Positions 18,696 to 30,283 are shown, counted from the first letter of the stretch. The stretch is 64,000 nucleotides of DNA from Cyanobacteria bacterium P01_A01_bin.123 (GCA_039815185.1 JBCBZT010000005.1:1-64000); one strand, 5' to 3'. Notes: a model not told the origin generated them from the sequence alone. Program-made: numbers and translations.

Positions 18696-19034
18696 CTAAG
18701 GTTCGCCCATTTTTTCGTTGTCTAGGGCATTTTCCCCTGGGTCGGCCCAGGTTGCGATGGGTTTGAGCAGAGGGGGAATGGTGGCTTCAGTCGAAAATTC
18801 TAGTAGGGTTTCGCGGTATCCCAGGTAGCCGGCTTCCATAAATGCAGTCAACATGCGGGTGAGCGCCAGCCAAACCTGCTGTTCGTACTCCCAAGCTTGG
18901 CCCAGCCTGGCTCGATCGGCAATCGATCGCATTGCCCAAAAATAGCTGTTACGAACAACGGATCCCTTTTTCTTGTACGACGGCACATCGTCCGGGTGGA
19001 TGTAGAGCACCTCGTTGTGGATATGGGCTCTCAT
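18696..19034 (-). CDS. Hypothetical protein
   Basis: 112-aa ORF with protein-like composition (RNSYFWAM.SI..., GYLGYRET). Confidence 0.75.
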   Translation of the reverse strand: MRAHIHNEVLYIHPDDVPSYKKKGSVVRNSYFWAMRSIADRARLGQAWEYEQQVWLALTRMLTAFMEAGYLGYRETLLEFSTEATIPPLLKPIATWADPGENALDNEKMGEP

Positions 19035-19201
19035 GGTTGATTCCTATTGCGGTGCGGCAAAGGCGCAGTATACAAGAGATACTAGTAGGTAGCCAAGCGG
19101 TATCTGATAGGTGGCTGATTACCCCCTTACCCCTTACCTCTTAAGCCTTACGAAGGTCAGACTTAAAAATCTCAAATTTTCGACTGGATTGATTTAGACC
19201 C

Positions 19202-20056
19202 ATGGTAGCTTCAGTGTCGTTGGCAAATGTTCATAAGGTTTACAACAACGTGTCGGTGGTTAACAACCTGTCGTTAACGATCCAACCCGGTGAGATTTTT
19301 GGGCTGTTAGGGCCCAATGGGGCGGGAAAATCCACCACAATTCGGATATTGACGACCTTAACCCAAGCGACTCAGGGGGATGTGGTGGTTGCAGGTTACG
19401 ATGTAACCCGGCAGCGACGGGACGTGCAGCGACAAATTGGTGTTGTGCTGCAGCAAACGAGTGTTGATGGAGATCTTTCGGTTTGGGAGAATATGGAATT
19501 TCACGGGCGCATGCACCACATGCCGAATCCCCAGCGACAGCAAGCGATTCAGCAGTGGTTGGGGTATGTGGAATTGAGCGATCGCCGGAATGACAAAGTC
19601 AAAACCCTGTCGGGGGGGATGAAACGTCGTTTGCAGATTGCCCGTGCCCTGCTGCATCAACCCAAAATTTTGTTTTTAGACGAGCCGACGGTAGGGCTTG
19701 ATCCACAGGCACGGCGACGACTCTGGGAAATTATCAAGGGTTTAAACCAGCATCAAGGCATGACCATGTTGTTAACCACTCACTATATGGAAGAAGTGGA
19801 ATATCTCTGCGATCGCATTGGCATTATGGATCGGGGTCAGCTGATTGAAGTCGGTGCCCTGACTGAGCTGCGGCGACGTCATGGGGAGGGAATTGTGATC
19901 CAAAAACAGGGCGATCGCTGGCAGTATACCTTTTTCCCGACCCTGGAGGCGGCCAATGCCCATTTAGATCAGCAACCCGATAAAACGGGAATGATGACAC
20001 GCCCTGCCAATCTAGAAGATATCTTCGTGGAGTTAACGGGGCGCAATTTAGATTAG
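19202..20056 (+). CDS. ABC transporter ATP-binding protein (DrrA/NodI-like)
   Basis: GPNGAGKST, LSGGMKRR, FLDEPT, TTHY. Confidence 0.95.
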   Translation: MVASVSLANVHKVYNNVSVVNNLSLTIQPGEIFGLLGPNGAGKSTTIRILTTLTQATQGDVVVAGYDVTRQRRDVQRQIGVVLQQTSVDGDLSVWENMEFHGRMHHMPNPQRQQAIQQWLGYVELSDRRNDKVKTLSGGMKRRLQIARALLHQPKILFLDEPTVGLDPQARRRLWEIIKGLNQHQGMTMLLTTHYMEEVEYLCDRIGIMDRGQLIEVGALTELRRRHGEGIVIQKQGDRWQYTFFPTLEAANAHLDQQPDKTGMMTRPANLEDIFVELTGRNLD

Positions 20057-20101
20057 AGGGCGCTACCCTGGACATCATCATCCATCTGTTGCGCTGTTGG
20101 C

Positions 20102-20713
20102 ATGCCAAGTCTGAAAAGCAAAATTGAGGCAGTTCTTTATCTCAAGGGTCAACCCCTTTCGATCGCCCAGATTGCTGAATTTGCGGGTTGCGATCGCGCT
20201 GAGGCTGAAGAAGGCTTAATTGACCTAATGGCTGACTATGCCCATCGCGATACGGCCCTAGAAGTCGTGGAAACTCAAGATGGCTACTGTCTACAGTTAC
20301 GGAGTGTGTTCAAACACTTGGTAACTACCTTGATTCCGCTGGATTTGGGGGTAGGGGCATTGAGGACCCTGGCCGCGATCGCCTTAAAAGGGCCCATCAG
20401 CCAAACTGAACTGGTTGAACTGCGGGGATCTGGGGTCTACCAACAAGTGCCAGATTTGGTTGCTTCTGGTTTTGTGCGTAAGCGACGGCAGTCCGATGGT
20501 CGATCTTATTGGCTCCAAATTACCAACAAGTTTTATCAGCACTTTGAAATTGATCAGCTGCCTTCGGTAACCCCTAAAAAAGTTGATAATTCTTCTGACC
20601 CAATGTCCAATGCCGTTGAAGCCGGCGTTGAAGCCGAAGCCACTGCACCAGCAGATCTAGATCAGTCCTATGATGGGGAAGGGACTGTAGATGCGATCGA
20701 AAAAGACGATTGA
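20102..20713 (+). CDS. scpB: SMC-Scp complex subunit ScpB
   Basis: IEAVLY..GQPLS, ALRTLAAIA..GPI.Q.EL..LRG. Confidence 0.92.
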   Translation: MPSLKSKIEAVLYLKGQPLSIAQIAEFAGCDRAEAEEGLIDLMADYAHRDTALEVVETQDGYCLQLRSVFKHLVTTLIPLDLGVGALRTLAAIALKGPISQTELVELRGSGVYQQVPDLVASGFVRKRRQSDGRSYWLQITNKFYQHFEIDQLPSVTPKKVDNSSDPMSNAVEAGVEAEATAPADLDQSYDGEGTVDAIEKDD

Positions 20714-21105
20714 CCCAATTTCATGATTACCTCATTAGAGTATTAAAATATCGTCAATGCAGTCATGGCGATTCCATTGAATCCGGTGCACAATGCAAAC
20801 TGTGGGTAGCTAAACCGTTTTCACGTCCAGAATTGAAGTTTTACTGACAGGAAAACTCCATATCCTGAGCTGCGCGAGGGTGAGATTAAACGATTTGCAG
20901 CCAAATTTGTTGCCGCTAGAGTGGTTTAGAGGCTATTGGCTGTAGCCCAGATGGGGATCAAGCGATCGATTGTGATGCATTAACTCGAAACGCATTACTG
21001 GGTGATCTCAGCGATTTGACTTGATCATTGCAGCCAAATATGTGCCAAAGTGGATGAAATCATTTATCGGATCTAAGCTAGGAAAGCAAAGTAATCTAAC
21101 GCTTT

Positions 21106-21483
21106 ATGGTTTTTAACCCTGAAAACGCTGATTTCATGAGTATTAATGCTGAAGGAAGTCAATCAAATCAGCTGCTGCGTTATCTTCAGCATCAATCTCC
21201 AGAGGTGTTAACCCGGGTTGCACAATCTGTCAGTTCTGAAATTAAGCAGATAATTTCTCAAAACGTTCAGGGCTTAGTCGGCGTTCTGCCAGCGGAAGGC
21301 TTCAACGTCCAAATCACCACCGACCGAGAAAATCTAGCCGGTTTACTCGCTTCGGCCATGATGACAGGGTACTTTTTGCGTCAAATGGAGCAGCGCATGG
21401 AACTTGAGGAAAGCCTTATGTCTTCCCTCTCACTCCAGCGTGATGGTGATATTGATCAAGATTCAGACGCGGCTGACTTCTAA
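21106..21483 (+). CDS. DUF760 family protein
   Basis: NQLLRYLQ.QSPE, LAGLLASAMMTGYFLRQMEQRM.LE. Confidence 0.88.
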   Translation: MVFNPENADFMSINAEGSQSNQLLRYLQHQSPEVLTRVAQSVSSEIKQIISQNVQGLVGVLPAEGFNVQITTDRENLAGLLASAMMTGYFLRQMEQRMELEESLMSSLSLQRDGDIDQDSDAADF

Positions 21484-22058
21484 AGTGGTGCCCCGCGCAG
21501 AAAATCCCCCAGAGCAGCAACATCTTCTCGCAACAGTAGGGTGACGCGTCCCGTTTCGATGCGTCCACGGGTATCCGAAGTCATTTCAACCCAATAACCA
21601 AAGCGATCGCCCACGAGCAGTTCTCCCTGAATGACCAGATAACGATTGGTATAGGGTGGCGTTTCCGCTGTTGGGTAGACCATTACTCTCTCAGCCCGTT
21701 CATAGTCGCTATACACATCTGCCCCATAAATGCGACGCAGAGACTCTTCTAAACGGGTCATACTGACACCATCAATAATATCCACCAGCAAAAAATGTTC
21801 GCTCCGAATCTTGCCGAGTAGGGGCACCCCTTGCACCCCAGTGGGAGGAAATACAGAAGCTTGGAAGGTAAAGCGTCGAGCAGCGGTATCGGTGCGGTGC
21901 ACAACTAACTGTTCCCCGGGTCGAGGGCGTAGGGTAGCATTACCCTGGATCCACGCTTCTACTTGGGTCGCAGTTTGCCCCGGCAGGGCCAGCGCGGGTA
22001 ATCCCAAGGCCAACCAAAACCCAGCCGATAGCCAACCACAACGCCCAAAATTACCCAT
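21480..22058 (-). CDS. Conserved exported hypothetical protein
   Basis: Signal peptide ending PALA followed by LPGQ...V..WI. Confidence 0.8.
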   Translation of the reverse strand: MGNFGRCGWLSAGFWLALGLPALALPGQTATQVEAWIQGNATLRPRPGEQLVVHRTDTAARRFTFQASVFPPTGVQGVPLLGKIRSEHFLLVDIIDGVSMTRLEESLRRIYGADVYSDYERAERVMVYPTAETPPYTNRYLVIQGELLVGDRFGYWVEMTSDTRGRIETGRVTLLLREDVAALGDFLRGAPL

Positions 22059-22202
22059 ATCAACCTCCAGAATGTTCCCAAATGCGCTTTGCCGCTTTAA
22101 TTAATGCCACGTCTTGGTAAAAATGGCATGGATCTTAGGCAAATGCAATATTTTAGGAACTATAGGTTTTAGGGTTGGGGCGATCGCGCCTGTAGCCCTA
22201 AC

Positions 22203-22655
22203 TTAGTAGCGCTTACTCATATAAAGCCGATTGCGACCGTCGGCTTCAGAGGTGTAGCGCATTTGATCGGCGATTTTGGCGATTAATCGTACCCCCCGCC
22301 CCCCTTCTGAATTTTTATCAACCACTTTGGGCATTCGCTTGAGCCAAGTGCCCATGTCAAAGCCAGGCCCCCGATCCCAAATGTTGATTTCCAGACGATC
22401 GGTGAATAGAGTGACTTCGATATCAATGGGGGTTTCTGGAGGGGCTTGGCGATGGGCATGTCGCACAGCGTTAGTAAATCCCTCAACCAATGCAAGCTGA
22501 CACTGGAGCCAAATATTTTCTGGAATCCTGGATTCGTGGCTGCTCTGGAATTGCTCAAACCATTCCAGAACGCGATCTAAATCTTTCAGGTCTGTCTTTG
22601 TGCGAAAGTGACCTGTCTGAATCGGCTGCAACGTTGGAAATCCCTTATTTTTCAT
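22203..22655 (-). CDS. pmgA: Anti-sigma-factor-type Ser/Thr kinase (RsbW/PmgA-like)
   Basis: LALVEGFTNAVRHAH, IWDRGPGFD, EGGRG; adjacent to a lipase gene as in the Synechocystis lipA-pmgA pair; start uncertain. Confidence 0.7.
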   Translation of the reverse strand: MKNKGFPTLQPIQTGHFRTKTDLKDLDRVLEWFEQFQSSHESRIPENIWLQCQLALVEGFTNAVRHAHRQAPPETPIDIEVTLFTDRLEINIWDRGPGFDMGTWLKRMPKVVDKNSEGGRGVRLIAKIADQMRYTSEADGRNRLYMSKRY

Positions 22656-22698
22656 GGAACGACAGGCTTGCAGGCAGATAGTCACCCAGATGATACCC

Positions 22699-23331
22699 TC
22701 ATAAGCTTAGCGAATTAACGAATTTTTCTGGAATAACAGGTTTGGATAGAGCAGTTGCGATCGCAGCTAGGCTTTTAGGATGGTTGAGCATGCCTGGATG
22801 GGTCAGCACTGGTAGTGAGCGAGTTTCTCCCACACCCATATCAGAACTGTGGGCCGGTAAGATCATCAAATCGTAGGGCGTCCAAAGCGACGTGAATGAC
22901 AAAGATGCAAGCTGATCTACATCGTGATTGAGATCTTGCAAGAATTGACTGTTTGGACGCATCTGGATACACCCTGGGTTAAATCTGCCATAGCCCATCC
23001 AGGTGCCGTTATGAGGTGCAGAAATCGTCACAAATCTCTGAATCCGTCTTATTCCACCGAGGCGCTGCACGTAATAGCGGCTAATCAGGCCACCCATGCT
23101 AAAGCCTACTAAATCAAAGGGCTGATCATGACCCATGTGTGTATCGACATAAACCACCAGCTGTTGGGCGAGCTGTTCTAGACCGACATCACCATTATTG
23201 GGGGTGAGATCGGGGCAGTGAATTGTCGACCAGCCTTGGGCTTGCAGATAGCGTGCTAATTTGTTGAATTTGCGTCCAGTGTCGTGGATGCCGTGAACCA
23301 ACAGTAAGGGATTGGGGGTGGGGGAAGCCAT
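22699..23331 (-). CDS. Alpha/beta-hydrolase lipase
   Basis: LLVHG, GFSMGG nucleophile elbow, PHNGT. Confidence 0.9.
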   Translation of the reverse strand: MASPTPNPLLLVHGIHDTGRKFNKLARYLQAQGWSTIHCPDLTPNNGDVGLEQLAQQLVVYVDTHMGHDQPFDLVGFSMGGLISRYYVQRLGGIRRIQRFVTISAPHNGTWMGYGRFNPGCIQMRPNSQFLQDLNHDVDQLASLSFTSLWTPYDLMILPAHSSDMGVGETRSLPVLTHPGMLNHPKSLAAIATALSKPVIPEKFVNSLSL

Positions 23332-23424
23332 GGAAAATTCGGCGCAAAAAGTGTAGAGATAGTTCTAAACTAGGCGATCGCGATCGCGTTCTAGCCCCCT
23401 GGCGAGACAGTTTTAGTATTGATC

Positions 23425-23703
23425 TCAATCTGCTTTAGCTTTGTCAATTCGAAACAGCCAAATCATTAATGCCACCAGCCCCGCTTGGAGGGCAAAATTG
23501 GGGGCGGCACTGGCCACGTCTCGCCCTGCTAACAACTGTGCCAAAAATACAAATGCCCCTAAGAAGCCTGAGATTGTAAATGCGCCGTAGATAAAGCGTC
23601 TTAGGCTACGGTAAGGGGCTTTAGCTTCGGCCCTCAAACGGGCAAATTTTTCTGGGCTGATGCCTTTTGGGAGTTGTTGGGGTTGGGGTGGACGGTCGGG
23701 CAT
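23425..23703 (-). CDS. DUF3493 family membrane protein
   Basis: ARLRAEAKAPYRSLRRFIY followed by two TM segments. Confidence 0.8.
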   Translation of the reverse strand: MPDRPPQPQQLPKGISPEKFARLRAEAKAPYRSLRRFIYGAFTISGFLGAFVFLAQLLAGRDVASAAPNFALQAGLVALMIWLFRIDKAKAD

Positions 23704-23803
23704 AGGGTAGAGTCAGGGTAATGCTGAGGATAATGACGTGGGTCTTTCCTATCCTACCGAGTTGTTGGCTGATTTTTGGGCAGCGGTAGCAGCGGTGCAA
23801 GTG

Positions 23804-24319
23804 ATGGCTGAACCCCTGAGTTGCCCTTCAAAGGCAACATCTGTGCCATTGGCCTGCTTAATTGGACTGCCAGGAAGCGGTAAGTCTACTTGGGCGATCG
23901 CGCTGACCCAACAGGCCCCAAGGTGGCAGATTATTTCTACGGATCAGATTCGGGCTCAGTGCTACGGCGATGAATTAATCCAAGGGGATTGGATCACAAT
24001 TTGGCGACAGGCACAGCGGCAATTTCGTCAGGGTATTGGCCAGATTCAAGCAGGGCTTTGCCAAGGGGTGATCTACGACGCGACCAATGTGCGTCGTCGC
24101 CATCGTCGTCAGTTTTTGCGGCAGGCTAGGGGATGGGGTTTTGACCCAATCATTGGCGTTTGGCTTGATCTGCCGTTGGCGGTGTGTCTGAGTCGCAATC
24201 AACAGCGATCGCGCTGTGTTCCCGAACCTGTGATTTTGCGCATGCACCGTCAGTTGGATGGGGCTCCTCCGAGTCTTGGGGAACCGATGGATCATTTAGT
24301 TCGGGTGAGGGGTGACTGA
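23804..24319 (+). CDS. P-loop kinase (AAA_33 family)
   Basis: GLPGSGKST, ISTDQIR, YDATN, RNQQR.R.VP; start uncertain. Confidence 0.88.
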   Translation: MAEPLSCPSKATSVPLACLIGLPGSGKSTWAIALTQQAPRWQIISTDQIRAQCYGDELIQGDWITIWRQAQRQFRQGIGQIQAGLCQGVIYDATNVRRRHRRQFLRQARGWGFDPIIGVWLDLPLAVCLSRNQQRSRCVPEPVILRMHRQLDGAPPSLGEPMDHLVRVRGD

Positions 24320-24424
24320 TATAGCGGTAGCCACAAAGCTTTGTGCGCTACCGCGAGCCAGATTACTTGTGGACTCAGCATCCTGGCGATACTCGGTGCA
24401 TTAAGCAATCTGGCCAGCGCTATA
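24320..24424 (+). repeat. ~105-bp dispersed element, copy 3
   Basis: TATAGCGGTAGCCACAAAGCTTTGTG...GCCAGCGCTATA, beginning immediately after the TGA of the kinase gene. Confidence 0.92.
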
Positions 24425-24432
24425 TTTGGCGT

Positions 24433-24912
24433 TTAGAGCTTCTTGAAGTATCTGGCGACTGACCAAAGCCCAAAGCCCACCTTTTCATAGGTGTAACGTG
24501 CCGGGGCATGGCCGGGATCACCCCCAGTTTCAACCATCGCAATAGACATCCCAGTATCTTTCATCCAAGCCAGCGCATGGTCTACTAGCGCGCTACCCAC
24601 CCCCTGACCTTGAAAGTTTGGATCAACCGCAACCATGTAGAGCTCACCCATGCTGTCTTCTGGGTTTAGCTTCGCTGCAGCAAAGCCTAGGGTAGACCCT
24701 GCATCGATAGCAACCCATGTTTGGATGTCTTCTGATGTGCAGACATCTTCAACGGCTTTTTGTTGACTCGCACGCCAACCATCGGGATAAAAGGCCTGGT
24801 ACACATCAGCATCCATCGTGTTCTGAATCGAATCGAACACCGAAGACCAGGCTCGAAGCGAAAGACGAATTACTGCATCAAGGTGATGGGGCTCGTAGGG
24901 TTCAATTCGCAT
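24433..24912 (-). CDS. GNAT family N-acetyltransferase
   Basis: VAVDPNFQGQGVG acetyl-CoA motif, YEKVGF. Confidence 0.9.
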   Translation of the reverse strand: MRIEPYEPHHLDAVIRLSLRAWSSVFDSIQNTMDADVYQAFYPDGWRASQQKAVEDVCTSEDIQTWVAIDAGSTLGFAAAKLNPEDSMGELYMVAVDPNFQGQGVGSALVDHALAWMKDTGMSIAMVETGGDPGHAPARYTYEKVGFGLWSVARYFKKL

Positions 24913-25030
24913 TCCCATATGAACTCTAGTTAGCACTGTAAGTTCTACTGAACATACTACACTGTGTTACAGAGTCAAATGGTGCGCTCCCGGAGGCTTA
25001 CGGCTTACAAATATTGTCCACACGCCTGCC

Positions 25031-27820
25031 TTAAACGACCTCAGTAGAAGGCTGAGGCTGGGGCTGGGGTTGAGGCTGGAACTGGAACAGCGTATATACT
25101 ACATTCCGACGAATTCCGGTCATCATGTCGAGGAACAGCTCGTATCCCTCACTCTTGTATTCAATCAACGGATCTTTTTGACCGTAGCCACGCAGACCCA
25201 CTGACTCTCGTAGGGCATCCATTTGCTGTAAGTGTTCGCGCCAAAGGGTGTCAATTTGCTGCAAAATAAAGAACCGCTCGGCCTCTCGCATCAGACCAGG
25301 CTTGACCTGATCAACCTGGGCTTCTTTGAGGTCATAGGCAATACGCACTTGCTCATGCAGGAAGGTTTTGATTTCCATCATCGAGAGGTCTTCGATATGC
25401 TCTGGCTCTAAATCTGAAAGCAAGTTGACAAACTCTTTAACCTTGCCGACGAGGCTGGTTAAATCCCATTCTTCAGTGGGCAATTCGGGGTTGATATAGG
25501 CTTCTACGATGTCGTTCATCGTTTGTGAGGCGTAATTGATGACGAGCTCCTTTAGCTCTTGGCCTTCAAGTACTCGCCGCCGTTCGGCATAGATGGCACG
25601 ACGCTGGTTATTCATCACCTCGTCATACTCAAACACCTGCTTACGAATGTCGTAGTAGTAGGTTTCTACTTTCTTTTGGGCCCCTTCGAGGGATCGGGTC
25701 AACATCCCAGATTCGATGGGCATGTCTTCTTCCACTCGGAAGGCATTCATTAAACCGGCAACGCGATCGCCGCCAAAAATCCGCAGCAAATTGTCTTGCA
25801 GGCTCAAGAAAAAGCGAGTTGAACCGGGGTCACCCTGACGCCCGGCCCGACCCCGCAGCTGGTTGTCAATTCGGCGCGACTCGTGGCGTTCGGTGCCAAT
25901 CACATGCAACCCACCCCGGTCAATCACTTCGTCATGGGTGGTAGCCGTAAATTGCTCGTATGTCTTATAAATTAGGCCGTAGACTTCCCGCAACTTTTCG
26001 ACCACAGGGTCGTCAGTGGGGGCTTTTTCAGCGGCTACCGCAATTTTTTCTTCGGCGGCTAGTTCGCTGAGGCTGCGTTCACCGTAGGTTTTCACAGCAA
26101 AATCTACCGTGTCCTTCAGCACCTGCTCGGTTTCAGCAGAAAGGTCAGTTGGGAAAATCTCTGAAGAGGCTTTCCAAGTTTTTGCCTTTTTACCGGGTTC
26201 AAATCCCTGGGCCTTGTTTCGCCCCTTGCTGCCCGCAACAGACTTCACCGCAAAGGTGTCTTCATCCTCTGGCTTAACGATGCGAGGCATCAGGTACTCG
26301 CGGATTTTTAACCGGGCCATGTAGTCGGCGTTACCGCCAAGAATGATGTCTGTCCCTCGCCCAGCCATGTTAGTTGCAATGGTGACAGCCCCTTCGCGTC
26401 CAGCTTGGGCAACAATCTCAGATTCTCGCTCGACGTTCTCAGGTTTGGCATTCAGCAGGTTGTGGGGCACCTTACGCTCCGCCAGCAACGCTGAAAGGAG
26501 TTCAGATTTTTCGACGCTGGTCGTGCCAACTAGGACGGGGCGACCTGACTCGTGCATTTCGGCACATTCTTCTGCGATCGCTTTCCATTTGGCCTCCTCA
26601 GTTTTGTAGACCACATCGGATATGTCTTGTCGGGCCAAGGGGCGGTTGGTGGGGATAACCGTTACTTCTAACTCGTAGATCTTTTCAAATTCTGCTTCTT
26701 CAGTTTTGGCTGTCCCGGTCATGCCTGACAGTTTTGGATAGAGCAGGAAGAAATTTTGGTAAGTAATACTGGCTAAGGTCTGAGTCTCTGGTTGGATATC
26801 TACCCGTTCCTTCGCTTCGATCGCTTGGTGGAGCCCATCGCTCCAGCGCCGCCCAGGCATCACTCGGCCCGTAAATTCGTCCACAATCACAATTTCGTCA
26901 TTGCGAACGATATAGTTCACATCCTTGGTAAACAGCTCTTTAGCCTTGACCGCGTTGAAGATATAGTGCGCCCAAGGATCTTTGGGATCGAACAGGTCTT
27001 GAACTTTGAGGAATTCTTCTGCCTGGATAAAGCCTTCGTCGTTGAGCAAAACGTTGCGCGCTTTTTCGTCAACTTCGTAATGTTCTTCTGGCTCTAGTAA
27101 ACGTGCCGCATCTGCCGCCCGCACATATTTTTCGCTCGGGCGCTCCACCTGGCCTGAAATAATCAGTGGCGTTCGCGCTTCGTCAACCAGAATCGAATCA
27201 ACTTCATCAATGATGCAAAAGTTGAAGGGCCGTTGCACCACATCTTCAATCGATGTGGCCATGTTGTCGCGCAAGTAGTCGAAACCAAACTCGCTATTGG
27301 TGCCGTAGATGATATCGCAAGCGTAGTTCTTTTTCCTTTCCGTTGGTGACATGCCCTGTTGCACCAATCCCACACTGAGCCCTAAAAATCGATGCACCTG
27401 CCCCATCCATTCAGCGTCTCGGCGGGCCAAGTAGTCGTTCACGGTGACAATGTGTACCCCTTTGCCCTCCAGCGCATTCAGATAAGACGGTAGCGTCGCC
27501 ACTAGGGTTTTCCCCTCCCCCGTTCTCATCTCAGCGATTTGGCCATCGTGGAGCACCATGCCACCAATCAACTGGACATCGAAATGGCGCATGCCCAAGA
27601 CCCGTAGCCCGGCTTCGCGCACAACAGCAAAGGCCTCTGGCAGGATATCGTCTAAGGACTCTCCATTTTCTAGGCGTCGCTTAAACTCAGCAGTTTTGCC
27701 CGTTAACTCGGCATCAGAGAGGGGTTTGATCTCCTCCTCCAACAAGTTAATCTCAACCACATCAGGTTTGTAGCGCTTGAGCTTACGAGCATTGGGGTCG
27801 CCCAGGAGGTTCTTCAGCAT
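25031..27820 (-). CDS. secA: Preprotein translocase subunit SecA
   Basis: [54 protein letters not shown]. Confidence 0.99.
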   Translation of the reverse strand: MLKNLLGDPNARKLKRYKPDVVEINLLEEEIKPLSDAELTGKTAEFKRRLENGESLDDILPEAFAVVREAGLRVLGMRHFDVQLIGGMVLHDGQIAEMRTGEGKTLVATLPSYLNALEGKGVHIVTVNDYLARRDAEWMGQVHRFLGLSVGLVQQGMSPTERKKNYACDIIYGTNSEFGFDYLRDNMATSIEDVVQRPFNFCIIDEVDSILVDEARTPLIISGQVERPSEKYVRAADAARLLEPEEHYEVDEKARNVLLNDEGFIQAEEFLKVQDLFDPKDPWAHYIFNAVKAKELFTKDVNYIVRNDEIVIVDEFTGRVMPGRRWSDGLHQAIEAKERVDIQPETQTLASITYQNFFLLYPKLSGMTGTAKTEEAEFEKIYELEVTVIPTNRPLARQDISDVVYKTEEAKWKAIAEECAEMHESGRPVLVGTTSVEKSELLSALLAERKVPHNLLNAKPENVERESEIVAQAGREGAVTIATNMAGRGTDIILGGNADYMARLKIREYLMPRIVKPEDEDTFAVKSVAGSKGRNKAQGFEPGKKAKTWKASSEIFPTDLSAETEQVLKDTVDFAVKTYGERSLSELAAEEKIAVAAEKAPTDDPVVEKLREVYGLIYKTYEQFTATTHDEVIDRGGLHVIGTERHESRRIDNQLRGRAGRQGDPGSTRFFLSLQDNLLRIFGGDRVAGLMNAFRVEEDMPIESGMLTRSLEGAQKKVETYYYDIRKQVFEYDEVMNNQRRAIYAERRRVLEGQELKELVINYASQTMNDIVEAYINPELPTEEWDLTSLVGKVKEFVNLLSDLEPEHIEDLSMMEIKTFLHEQVRIAYDLKEAQVDQVKPGLMREAERFFILQQIDTLWREHLQQMDALRESVGLRGYGQKDPLIEYKSEGYELFLDMMTGIRRNVVYTLFQFQPQPQPQPQPSTEVV

Positions 27821-28006
27821 ATCCAGGAAATAATGGCGGAGGGTTTAGTAAGAGCTTCTAGTTAATCGTATTGATGCTATGGCTATCAAGTGGGCAAAAC
27901 CTCACTCGGGAGCGACTGTTCGGTAATCAATAGTCTCTTAATCTTATCATTTGGACTTGGGGAGGGAGCGGGCCTGGGGAGCAAGGGAGTGGAGGGGCAG
28001 CCGTCA

Positions 28007-28561
28007 TTATTCCCATTCCGGGCTGAGTTGGCGGAAGTTGAAGTCGTCGACTTGGGGATGACAGGTGACGCAGGTTTGTAGATCTGGGGGAGCGGCAAAT
28101 TCTACTTGAGGATGGAGGGCTTGAAAAAAGCGCGATCGCTCAATGGAAAAAGTTGGCACTTCGGTCGCGTAATAGGGGCGAGAGTAGGTAGCGAGATAAT
28201 CCAAAATTAAGCGACTGTCGAAGCGGGTCGGCAAGGTGATATTGACTCCATAGTGTTCGTTGTCGTTGAGCAGGTACTCCCAGATTTGAGTCGGCAGGAC
28301 GGCAGGAGACACCCCAATGTGGCAGGTGGCGCAGTTTGCTAGATATAGCTCTTGGCCCAGGGCGTACTCTTCGGTCACGGGGTCAACGGTGCCAATAACC
28401 TTAGTCCCGACCGTTTGGGCGTCTTTATTTTGGGGGTCGAAGGCTTGGGCAAGACCAATCCCCATGCATAGGCTCCACAATGCAATCAAACCGAAGAGTA
28501 TCCAGGGCGATCGCCGTTTTAGTTGATTGCGATGTTGACTAGGACGCAGAAGTTTTGTCAT
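28007..28561 (-). CDS. Diheme cytochrome c family protein
   Basis: N-terminal TM/signal segment; two CxxCH motifs (CATCH, CVTCH). Confidence 0.85.
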   Translation of the reverse strand: MTKLLRPSQHRNQLKRRSPWILFGLIALWSLCMGIGLAQAFDPQNKDAQTVGTKVIGTVDPVTEEYALGQELYLANCATCHIGVSPAVLPTQIWEYLLNDNEHYGVNITLPTRFDSRLILDYLATYSRPYYATEVPTFSIERSRFFQALHPQVEFAAPPDLQTCVTCHPQVDDFNFRQLSPEWE

Positions 28562-28886
28562 CGTTTTCAGACTTTGTCGGGAATTGGGTGGATTCAACCT
28601 TCGCCATTTTGAGACAAAGGGATTATTCTGGGTAAGGATTAATCGTTTTTGTTGCTTACGCTACAGTCTGAATTCTATAGGATGATTTCAGCGATTGATT
28701 ACTCACCCATCGTTTGACGTGAGCCATTCGGTTAACTGCAACCTCGCTGGTCTATTGGTTATAGGTTCAGGGGTCTAGGTTCAGGAATTCAGCATCAAGT
28801 GGGTTTAGAGTTGCCCACACCAAATTTTCGCCTACTTAAGTTTTATCGCTTGTTTCTCGCTTTAGATTTTCCAGCGACGAGGAGTC

Positions 28887-29360
28887 ATGATGGATTGCAG
28901 TCATATTCAGTTTCAGTTTTCCCAGTCTCTTACTTCTGAGGATTTACAGCAGCTTCAGGGTTTATTTCAGCGAGCTGCGTTTTGGGCTAGGGAGCGCAGC
29001 AGTGAAGATTTGGCGATTGCGATCGCAAATAGTAATCCTGTGGTGACGGTTTGGAACGGCGATCGCATGATTGGATTTTCCCGTGCGACGTCTGACGGTA
29101 TCTATCGTGCCACGATTTGGGACGTAGTGATTGATCCTGATTATCAAGGGGCGGGGCTTGGGCGTAAGTTAGTGCAAACGGTGCTAAGTCATCCCCATGT
29201 CAATCGGGCTGAGCGGGTCTATTTGATGACAACCCATCAGCAGCAGTTTTACAAGCGGATTGGGTTTGAAGAAAACCAAACGACCACTATGGTGCTGTTC
29301 AATCATTCGGACTCGGACTTGGAGCTGTCTCGATTGGTGCCCCTGGAGACGGGGGCGTAG
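28887..29360 (+). CDS. GNAT family N-acetyltransferase
   Basis: GFSRATSDG, WDVVIDPDYQGAGLG, FYKRIGF. Confidence 0.92.
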   Translation: MMDCSHIQFQFSQSLTSEDLQQLQGLFQRAAFWARERSSEDLAIAIANSNPVVTVWNGDRMIGFSRATSDGIYRATIWDVVIDPDYQGAGLGRKLVQTVLSHPHVNRAERVYLMTTHQQQFYKRIGFEENQTTTMVLFNHSDSDLELSRLVPLETGA

Positions 29361-30240
29361 CCATCGGGAAGCGACATCGCAGACTGTAGGGTGATGCCGC
29401 TTGGGACACCGTTACTGAGGGACGGGTTGCCGAATCAGTGGTGACTGGCGCAGTGGTGATTGGCGCAATAATCTCAAAGCTGGCTCCTGTGGCTTCTAGG
29501 GTTTGTTTGGCAATAAACAACCTCAATGTTGGGGAGAGTTGACTGGGATGGGTGTGTGGGTTGGCGGCTGGCAAGGTTACGGTGCTGGGCTCATCTGGAT
29601 GTGAAGCAAGTTCAGGGGGAAAGGGGGTCGGATTGAGGATTTCTTCTGGACTGAGCGTCTGCAAATCTTTGATCAGGGTTTCCCATTTTCTCAAGGGGCG
29701 ATCGTCTGCGAGGGTAAGTTCTACCTGCTGCGCAGCGTCATGAATGACCACTTTGAGGCGAACACTACCGGTTTGGGCTGCTTCAACGGCAAGTTCTACC
29801 AGCCCTGTGAGGGCCCTGACGATCCAGCTAGCGTCACCCCAGACCTGGACTTGAGGATCGGGATTATCTACAACTAACTTCATGCCGCGATCGGCCACCT
29901 GCAAACCCACTCGGCTTTCAAGCTCTAAGAAGATTTCTGCCATCGTCTGCTCATAGACTTGGGGCACGGCACGACCGATATCTATTTTGGAGATATCGAT
30001 CAATTGATCGAGCAACTTTAAGAGTTCTAGAGCGGCCTTGTTACCCTCAGCGATAAATTCCCGTTCTTCCTGGGGATCGTCACACAGATCACTGAGGATG
30101 AGCTGGTTCAAACTAATCAGACGGTTGAGGGGCGATCGCAGTTCGTGACTTGTTCTGGCCAAAAATCCGGCTTTGAATTGAGCCAGATCAAGGGCTTGTC
30201 GATAAGCCAACTGCAGCGATCGCGTCTGTTCATCATCCAT
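29299..30240 (-). CDS. HisKA-domain protein with degenerate ATPase domain
   Basis: FLARTSHELRSPLN H-box; no recognisable N/G1/G2 boxes. Confidence 0.8.
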   Translation of the reverse strand: MDDEQTRSLQLAYRQALDLAQFKAGFLARTSHELRSPLNRLISLNQLILSDLCDDPQEEREFIAEGNKAALELLKLLDQLIDISKIDIGRAVPQVYEQTMAEIFLELESRVGLQVADRGMKLVVDNPDPQVQVWGDASWIVRALTGLVELAVEAAQTGSVRLKVVIHDAAQQVELTLADDRPLRKWETLIKDLQTLSPEEILNPTPFPPELASHPDEPSTVTLPAANPHTHPSQLSPTLRLFIAKQTLEATGASFEIIAPITTAPVTTDSATRPSVTVSQAASPYSLRCRFPMATPPSPGAPIETAPSPSPND

Positions 30241-30283
30241 CGACTATCACCCGAGTCTAACTGCCGCAAGAAGCGCTATCACA

